Positions 39,605 to 46,114 of a stretch of 46,114 nt of DNA are shown in pieces (within the stretch, counting starts at the first letter, position 1; each line of letters opens with the position of its first letter). The notes beneath the pieces are model-generated. The model did no database searches, had not been told where the DNA came from, and saw only the letters and a list, made by a program, of their open reading frames with translations. The translations under genes and the position numbers were made by a program. Location of the stretch: the sequence record SRR31156797_3653; one strand, written 5' to 3'.

Positions 39605-39632
39605 AAAAAAAGAGAGCCATACGCTCTCTTTT
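39605..39632 (-). terminator. Hairpin terminator right after the Mga-like gene
   Basis: AAAAGAGAG/CTCTCTTTT stem with an extended T-run on the minus strand. Confidence 0.55.
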
Positions 39633-41092
39633 CAAGTATATTTATTAGAAATCATCGACTGGATCATCACATTTAGATTGTGCCAATCCTTGGTACTATG
39701 AACATTGCCAAAAAATGTGAATTTCTGCGACTCATTATGGATTAGCACGCCATCAGAAACCAATATATCTGAGTCTCCTAAATTCGAACTAAAGTGAATC
39801 ACATTTTCATTGTAAATTTTCAACAGTTTGTTTTTAATGACCGGAATATATTCTGGATGGTTCAAAAGAGAAATACCAATGCGAATCGGTTCCTCTTCCT
39901 GGATAGGTAAATAAGACGCTGTGATCTGAGCGATTTTCCTTAAGAAGAGGGCTTCTTTTTCTATTACAAACGAATGGCGCTGCAAGGCAGCTGCAATCAG
40001 CTCTTCCACCTCTAATACTCGTTCGTTCGTAGAGGACAAATCTTCAGTAGACACAAAACTATCCAAAAAGAGATGAAGACAGCCCCATGTATTCATCACT
40101 AATTCATAGGTAATGAATTCTTCGATCTCTTTAGAAAGATTATACTTTTGCGACAAGACAGCTACAACATCGGCAGAAAATTCGACCAGCGGATTTCCTA
40201 AAAGATTTCTCAGCTTTTGGCCCAAAAGTAGTTTTTCTTGATCCGAGATCGTTTCAGGTATGAAAAGAAAAACCCAGAAATGATAAAAAATCTGTTCTTT
40301 CTCAATATCTTGCTGACTTCTGATCGGCAGCAGCTTGATCACTTGCTTTTCCCCATCTAGTTGCTTGATTTGCTCATAAATAGTGATGGAAGCATCGTCT
40401 AACTCATTGACAATATAGCCTCTCAACACCGCATTTTCAATGATTGAAAACATAATGTCGTGCTTCACTTTTGTGGTTTTTAACGGCTCATATTCTTTAG
40501 CTGCTAATTCAACGCTGGCACGGGTTCGCTGATTGATGTATACATTACAAGCCATGATCTCAACTAAATAATGGTACATCCTCACACACGGCTCTGCCCC
40601 TGTCAAATCAATGGAATCTGTATTGTTATTGATAGTAATCGGAACATTTTGGATAACCAGCATTTTCTTAAGATAGCTGATCAATTTATAACAATAAGAA
40701 ATACTAAAAATCAATTCTTCCGAGATGTCCACCATACGGGTCTTTCTTTTTCTTAACAAATAGGATAATAGACGATAATAAGGAGATTCTAAGAAATATT
40801 TTTTCTTTAGATTCACAAAAATATGCAGGCTTTGTTCTTCATTTAATTCTCGTGACAAATAAACAGTTCTCTTTTTCAGCAAAAAAATTGACTCGTCAAA
40901 AGTCGTAAACTCTCTCATATCTTCGGCGATTTCATTGATCAATATTTTCACCTGATACAAAGATTTGTTTGTCGTTTCACATATTTTATCGAGAGATAGC
41001 TGCTTCTCCAAAATGATATTTCTAACAATAGTTAATTTATCTACCTGTTTTTTGGTTAAATAAAACCTATACAATTTTTCTATATACTCCAA
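39632..41092 (-). CDS. Mga/AtxA-like helix-turn-helix transcriptional regulator
   Basis: 486 aa; two N-terminal HTH regions (LSLDKICE...; DISEELIFSISYCYK..), the family-typical 'L.G.E..VR..' (LTGAEPCVRMYHY) and C-terminal EIIB-like 'DILVSD'. TTG start with SD AAGGCGG. Confidence 0.75.
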   Translation of the reverse strand: MEYIEKLYRFYLTKKQVDKLTIVRNIILEKQLSLDKICETTNKSLYQVKILINEIAEDMREFTTFDESIFLLKKRTVYLSRELNEEQSLHIFVNLKKKYFLESPYYRLLSYLLRKRKTRMVDISEELIFSISYCYKLISYLKKMLVIQNVPITINNNTDSIDLTGAEPCVRMYHYLVEIMACNVYINQRTRASVELAAKEYEPLKTTKVKHDIMFSIIENAVLRGYIVNELDDASITIYEQIKQLDGEKQVIKLLPIRSQQDIEKEQIFYHFWVFLFIPETISDQEKLLLGQKLRNLLGNPLVEFSADVVAVLSQKYNLSKEIEEFITYELVMNTWGCLHLFLDSFVSTEDLSSTNERVLEVEELIAAALQRHSFVIEKEALFLRKIAQITASYLPIQEEEPIRIGISLLNHPEYIPVIKNKLLKIYNENVIHFSSNLGDSDILVSDGVLIHNESQKFTFFGNVHSTKDWHNLNVMIQSMISNKYT

Positions 41093-41424
41093 AATTTTTT
41101 ACCCGCCTTATTTAAAAAGTATCCCAGTATCCAATTATAGTAAAATAAACTTAAATTCAAGCCTCTTTTTTCATTAAACGGACAATTTTAATAAAAACTT
41201 CAGAAAAATCCCCTCTTCTTTAAAACAGTACGGGTGAGAAAAACTTGTGAAACAATTCTTATTTTTTGTAACAAAAAAGTGTTGGAAACCCTGAAAAAGA
41301 ACCTGTGAATTAGCTGTTTCCATAAACTTAGAAAAAATTCGTATTCTTTCATTGATTGGTAAGTGACTTGGAGAGTAAAATCATTTTCTAGCTGGACAAA
41401 CTTCTTTGAGGAATCAAGTTCATT

Positions 41425-41892
41425 TCAAAAAGCTTGTAATAAAATATCTTCTCTTTTTAGCCAGCAATCTTTGTATTCATAAATGTTGATGATCGACAAT
41501 TCATCACTCACTTGATTGATTGACCGCATGATTTCTTCATCATCCGAATCAACATTGCCAATGACATGCAAATCATAATGAACACCAGATTTATCCACGC
41601 ACTCAACGATATAGCTGATCACATCTCCCCAAAAATGTTCCAATCGATGAGTGCCGCCTGCTTTTTCTAACCTTGAACGTTCAGCGATACACAAAACGTT
41701 TTTCGAAGAGTATTGCAAGATGTTGATTTCCCCTAGTGATTGTGCTAAATAGTCAAGAACCGATTGGCGATCATCTTCTTGATCCACAATTAAATTTCTC
41801 TCTAAAATCGTATTCGTCTTGTTGCTGAAAAAGCGCACAGTCAACATGGTAGCATTCTTTTGTCGACTGAAATTTATTCTGGTTTGCAGCAT
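41425..41892 (-). CDS. Hypothetical cytoplasmic protein (155 aa)
   Basis: ATG with strong SD AAGGAGTG; no family recognised. Confidence 0.75.
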   Translation of the reverse strand: MLQTRINFSRQKNATMLTVRFFSNKTNTILERNLIVDQEDDRQSVLDYLAQSLGEINILQYSSKNVLCIAERSRLEKAGGTHRLEHFWGDVISYIVECVDKSGVHYDLHVIGNVDSDDEEIMRSINQVSDELSIINIYEYKDCWLKREDILLQAF

Positions 41893-42530
41893 TTTGATTC
41901 ACTCCTTAAAAGAACTTTGATCCTCTGCTATTAAGGATATAGTAAGAACCAGCCGATTTTTATCGTCTTTTTTTCAAAAAAACTACAAATAAAATAATCA
42001 TTGTTCCTCATTTTTCTTTCTACTGACTTAAAGACCTGTTAATTAGAAACGAGTAGCAACTTCATAAAAATAAAAGAGACAAAAAAACTCTAAGGTTTCT
42101 TCAAAGAGTCGTATTGTATATTCTCCTAATATTATGAATCCTACTAAAATCTAGTATTAATGAGATAGTGATTCTAAACAGCTAATTTTTTTGAGATGTT
42201 TTTAAAATGAAACAAGTACGGATTTATAATTTTAAGCTTGAAGCAACCTTTAATATTTCTGTCCCGTTAAGGTAGAAGATTTGTAGGTACAGATTACAAA
42301 TTGAATAAAAACATTAATTGATAATTTTCAAATCTATGACTTTGATTGCCTATTCAATAGAAATGCATAAATAGAACAATACGTTCAAGCCCCACCTATG
42401 CAATAGTTCATACTCGTAAAACTACTTCTATAAATAGTATCTTAAAAATGATAGAAGATTGTATTCTACTGAATTGCAGATGTTCACGAAAGAAATAACA
42501 GATATGAATCTTCAGAACTGATTCCCCTGA

Positions 42531-42641
42531 CAGCGACTGATTCAGAGCAAATTCTCAGAGACTACGAATAACAATATAATTACTTTGCTAGGTCCAATCC
42601 TAGTTGGAATGACAATTCTTTTAACTCTGAGAAGATCTTGA
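42531..42641 (+). pseudogene. Possible remnant of a sortase-anchored (LPXTG-type) protein C-terminus
   Basis: Frame reads QRLIQSKFSETTNNNIITLLGPILVGMTILLTLRRS*: degenerate sorting motif, hydrophobic stretch, RR tail. No start codon or SD, and stops upstream. Confidence 0.35.
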
Positions 42642-42923
42642 CTTAAAATATTAGCCAAATTGTAACATTGCAACAAAATTATTTTCATATAAATCATTAC
42701 CGCACGGACAATTGCTACACAGAAAGATATGTTGACTTGATAATCAACATCACTGGACTACTAGAAAATTTGATTAAATTATTTTATAAAAAATCAGATT
42801 AATAAAATACTTTCTACTTTTTCATTAAAAATAGCGCAAAAACGGATAATAACTTAATACATCATCATTGTATACTTTATTTAAGCAGTAAATCATCTGC
42901 AAAAATTAAAGTGAGGTTTTATT

Positions 42924-43406
42924 ATGAAAAAAGTTATTTTGGGTACTACATTGGCAACATCTTTACTACTAGTAGGAGGAATCACTGCGTCAGCAGATGT
43001 TGCTATGCCAGAGGTTCCCTCTGTTCCATTTGCTGTTACTATAACAGAAGGAACATCTAGTTTTGCATTTAATGATATGAATTTAAACGAAACGTTCGAA
43101 ATAAGTCCAGCATTATTTGTCAACGGAACAATGACAGGAACTATTGAAAACGTTGGCGGAACATTAACAAACTTAACTCGTTCAGTTAATAAAGTTACAA
43201 TTACAGTTTCTTCTGATTCTGAAGGAATCGTTATCACCGAAAATGGTGATGTTGCCGTTGAAGCAGAAGCTATTTCCCAATCAGTAGCTACCAGCGTAGA
43301 TACAACTTTCACATTCAATCGTCAAACTGCTATGCTAGATGGCACACCCACTATCACAGTTACTGCATCAGATACTACTGACTCAGACAATGGCCAAGAC
43401 CTTTAA
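42924..43406 (+). CDS. Secreted beta-rich small protein, WxL-protein-like position but Trp-free
   Basis: Sec signal peptide MKK-hydrophobic-ASA, Thr/Val/Ser-rich mature region, SD GAGGT; 19 nt upstream of a DUF916-like gene. Confidence 0.8.
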   Translation: MKKVILGTTLATSLLLVGGITASADVAMPEVPSVPFAVTITEGTSSFAFNDMNLNETFEISPALFVNGTMTGTIENVGGTLTNLTRSVNKVTITVSSDSEGIVITENGDVAVEAEAISQSVATSVDTTFTFNRQTAMLDGTPTITVTASDTTDSDNGQDL

Positions 43407-43425
43407 TTCTTAAAAAGGATAGCCT

Positions 43426-44484
43426 ATGGATAAAATATCAAAACACAGAGACTCCTTTCTAAGAGTTTCTGTGTTCTTCCTCATATTGACAATAATCGCA
43501 AATATAAATATAAGTATTGCAACAGCGAATGAGACAACGAATACTTTAAAACTATCGCTTAGCGATACCGAATATGAAACATCAAGAAATACTATTACTC
43601 TTCCTTCTGATGTTGATAAAAAGTATACATTTGAAATTAAATTGGAAAACATCGGAGCTGGTGATTCATCAATAGTGGTCACTCCCTTTGCTTCAACTGC
43701 TATTTCAAGAGAATCCTCTATTTTGTACACTTCGAATACAGAGAACCTTCTCGATGATAAATACGACTTTTCAAATTATGTTACTATCGCTTCAGAAGCT
43801 ATAGACGAAGAGAATCAAATAGAAATTGCCCCTAATGAATCTGTTGGTGTCAGCATTACCATAAATGTTCCAGACGACATAGAGCTTGAAGGTACTGTAA
43901 TGGGTGGAATTAATTTCAAGCAAATATTAGGTGTTCAAACAGCTGAAGATTCTATTAGTATTGCGTCTGCCTACGAGTCTATCATTTTTATCAACTTAAT
44001 TTTTAGCAAATATGAGGATATTCAAGATATTATTTATCAAGATTTCTCATTTGTTGCTCTTCAGGACACGGTAAACCTACAATTTTATGCCCTCAACTAT
44101 AATCCTATTTTAGGCAACTTAAACAATGCGCTCTACGAACTAATAAACCCAAATGGAGAAATAATTGCCTCTGGAGAGTTAGCAGATTCCGTTCTTTTAA
44201 CGCCGTTAACCAAATCAAGAATGCAGATTCCTTTAATAGACGATAGTGAGCTTATTGAAGGCGAATACCGTTTAACAATAGAAACAACTAGAAAAGCGAT
44301 CACCACTACTTTTTCTTATGAGAAAGAGGACTTGGATAACTTCAAAAAAGAGAACCGTCCAACGAACACTGCCAACGTTCATACAAATAATCAAATCCTT
44401 ATCTGGATCATCTTTGTTCTCATTGCAGCGCTGGCAGCTGCAGTCATCTACATTTTAAAATCAAAAAGAAAAAGAGAGGGCTAG
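43426..44484 (+). CDS. DUF916/DUF3324-like (WxL-interacting) membrane-anchored surface protein
   Basis: Signal peptide; I.PNES..V.ITI.VP....G.VMGGI.F (DUF916-like); N.NP, L.P, L..GEY.LTI (DUF3324-like); C-terminal TM helix and KSKRKR tail. Confidence 0.75.
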   Translation: MDKISKHRDSFLRVSVFFLILTIIANINISIATANETTNTLKLSLSDTEYETSRNTITLPSDVDKKYTFEIKLENIGAGDSSIVVTPFASTAISRESSILYTSNTENLLDDKYDFSNYVTIASEAIDEENQIEIAPNESVGVSITINVPDDIELEGTVMGGINFKQILGVQTAEDSISIASAYESIIFINLIFSKYEDIQDIIYQDFSFVALQDTVNLQFYALNYNPILGNLNNALYELINPNGEIIASGELADSVLLTPLTKSRMQIPLIDDSELIEGEYRLTIETTRKAITTTFSYEKEDLDNFKKENRPTNTANVHTNNQILIWIIFVLIAALAAAVIYILKSKRKREG

Positions 44485-44499
44485 TTCCTCTCTTTTGTT
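44471..44499 (+). terminator. Terminator of the surface-protein pair
   Basis: AAAAGAGAGG-GCTAGTT-CCTCTCTTTT; the stop codon lies in the loop. Confidence 0.7.
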
Positions 44500-44624
44500 C
44501 TGCTTCTACTTATTCCATTGGTCATCAATTATTGAGAGATTCCTTTTTAAAGAAATGTTGCGTATCTTCTCTCCATGGTTTCCTCTTTAGGAAGAAATAG
44601 AAGAAGTGAGACAAGAAAAACCGC

Positions 44625-45395
44625 TCATATCAAATAAGCGGTTTTTCCTAATATAAATCTAAACATATTTTTTTCAATGATCACTTCTTTTGAAAAAAAT
44701 GTTGCTGTCTCACATTGGCTTTTCTTCCCTAAAAAAAACTCAGTACCAGCCTCATCCTCAACATCACTGATTGAATCTTCTAGTTTGGTAGAATCCTTAT
44801 CAAGCGAGTCTTCTTCCAAGTTTGCTTGCTCGTCGTAAATAGATTCTGCTTCTTCCTTTTGGCTCTCAGAATCATCTTCGATGCCATTGTCTTCTTGCTT
44901 TTCATCGTCTTGGTCTTCAGTCATTAAGTTCTCATCCGATATCTCTTCTTTTTCCTCATCCGTCTGATTCATTTTTATATCTTTCGTAAAGGTCTCTGAA
45001 TCATCAATTGCTGTAAAAGTGACTGATAGGTAGTACTCAGAGTTGGAATCAAGATATTCCTTTATGTTCAATGTTGCAGCTACGTTAAGAATCATTGATG
45101 CTTCATCAGTATCCTCAATCTGAATGATTTTCTCTTCCGAACCGTTCACGCTGTTTAGTTCTGCTGAAAATGCCTTCCCGACAGCTGTGATCTCTACGCC
45201 AAAAGCACCTTCACTGCCGTTGCTATCGACGGTCAACTGAAGATCTTGTGTGGTTTTCAACAAATAATAGTGTTCGTCCTTAAAGTCAATCGTGTTCAAA
45301 TCAAAAATCAAAGTTTCGGAAACCTCATCAGCCGCAGCCTCTACTGTTGGAAAGAAAAATATCGCCGAAAATATGAATAACAAACTTTTTAACAC
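44625..45395 (-). CDS. Secreted protein with an N-terminal beta domain and a very acidic low-complexity tail
   Basis: Signal peptide ending VEA/AAA, about 110-aa beta-rich region, then a D/E-rich stretch. GTG start 8 nt after SD AAAGGGG. Confidence 0.72.
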   Translation of the reverse strand: MLKSLLFIFSAIFFFPTVEAAADEVSETLIFDLNTIDFKDEHYYLLKTTQDLQLTVDSNGSEGAFGVEITAVGKAFSAELNSVNGSEEKIIQIEDTDEASMILNVAATLNIKEYLDSNSEYYLSVTFTAIDDSETFTKDIKMNQTDEEKEEISDENLMTEDQDDEKQEDNGIEDDSESQKEEAESIYDEQANLEEDSLDKDSTKLEDSISDVEDEAGTEFFLGKKSQCETATFFSKEVIIEKNMFRFILGKTAYLI

Positions 45396-45939
45396 TACAT
45401 GGTCCCCTTTCTTCTTTCAGAAATCACTTTTATTTAACAAATAATCATTCGCTTTAGCAAAATCGATCTATAGATAACTAGTAGACTAGCAATGAGACTA
45501 ATTCATTTTGGAGTTATGAAGCCATGGTTCACCAACTGAAAACTTAAGCCATCTGTTAGAAGTGCTTCAAATGAAGTTTTAAGGGCTATAACCGAATCAT
45601 GCTCAGATAAAGAAAGTTTAGTCTTCACTAGTAGCATCTGACAAAAAGAACTTGTCCCTCGATCAAATGATTAAATGACCTCTATCACTGGCAATCTATT
45701 CTCTGCTTTCCCTCTACTTTCAAACAAGTGAAAATTTCCTGAATCACCAAATGTGCCTATGATATTTTTCTATTCATTTCAAGTGCACTTCCTTGCGGTC
45801 ATCTTTAATACTACGCTCTTTTTCCAACTCTTTTTATCTTCTTTTAAAAGAATGCTTATAAATTAGGATAATTGTCTGATCATTGGACCATTGCCCCAAT
45901 CACACAGCCTTCCTTCTGTATCAAAAGCACGTTTTCAGC

Positions 45940-45981
45940 AAAAAAAGCCCCTTCTTATCCATTTTGATAAGAAAGGACTTT
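45940..45981 (-). terminator. prfC terminator
   Basis: AAAGTCCTTTCTTATC/GATAAGAAGGGGCTTT stem plus TTTT on the minus strand. Confidence 0.7.
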
Positions 45982-46059
45982 CTACGATCGTTCAATTCAA
46001 AAAGATCAGCCTTACGTACAGAGTTGCGCATACCTAGACAGGCTCGCGGGAAACGGCTC

Positions 46060-46114
46060 TTACATCAAGCTCTTCAATTCGACATCTGGGTACTTATCTG
46101 CGAACCAACGCATC
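46060..46114 (-). CDS. prfC: Peptide chain release factor 3, C-terminal end (partial)
   Basis: Manual translation ...MRWFADKYPDVELKSLM*, the characteristic Firmicute RF3 C-terminus. Confidence 0.85.
   Translation of the reverse strand, partial: MRWFADKYPDVELKSLM

Noticed and set aside
42893-43730. 141-aa and 106-aa minus-strand ORFs
   Set aside because: Antisense mirrors of the plus-strand secreted and DUF916-like genes, which have SDs and signal peptides.
39600-45935. Prophage, IS or integrative-element interpretation of the accessory block
   Set aside because: No integrase, transposase, tRNA target or flanking direct repeats seen.
1-46114. CRISPR array, rRNA or tRNA genes
   Set aside because: No regularly spaced repeats or structural RNA gene signatures found by eye.

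Overview
Chromosomal segment of a low-GC Gram-positive coccus. Gene content, order and protein sequences point to Enterococcus, probably the casseliflavus/gallinarum group (inference only). Bases 1-39.5 kb are mostly core housekeeping genes on the minus strand: the rimP-nusA-ylxR-ylxQ-infB operon with its leader terminator, a DUF4234/DUF2752 membrane pair, T-box-controlled thrS, a 4-oxalocrotonate-tautomerase-family gene missed by the ORF track, an ANT(6)/AadK-like nucleotidyltransferase plus ASCH gene divergent from helD, yebC, the yqeG-yqeH-yhbY-nadD-yqeK-rsfS-yqeM-tmcAL operon, a polar amino-acid ABC transporter, the FabT-controlled fab/acc cluster (no fabK), a GIY-YIG nuclease, glycolipid synthases bgsA/bgsB, ptsH-ptsI and CtsR-controlled clpE. 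From about 39.6 to 45.9 kb, between a DUF1827 gene and the 3' end of prfC, lies a visibly AT-richer accessory block. It carries an Mga-like regulator, an orphan 155-aa protein, a secreted 160-aa beta-rich protein in the position of a WxL protein but with no tryptophan, a DUF916/DUF3324-like membrane-anchored protein, a second secreted acidic protein and probable gene remnants. The two most notable observations are this 'W-less' WxL-type surface locus and an apparent non-canonical AUA start codon for the ribosome silencing factor rsfS, overlapping the yqeK stop codon.
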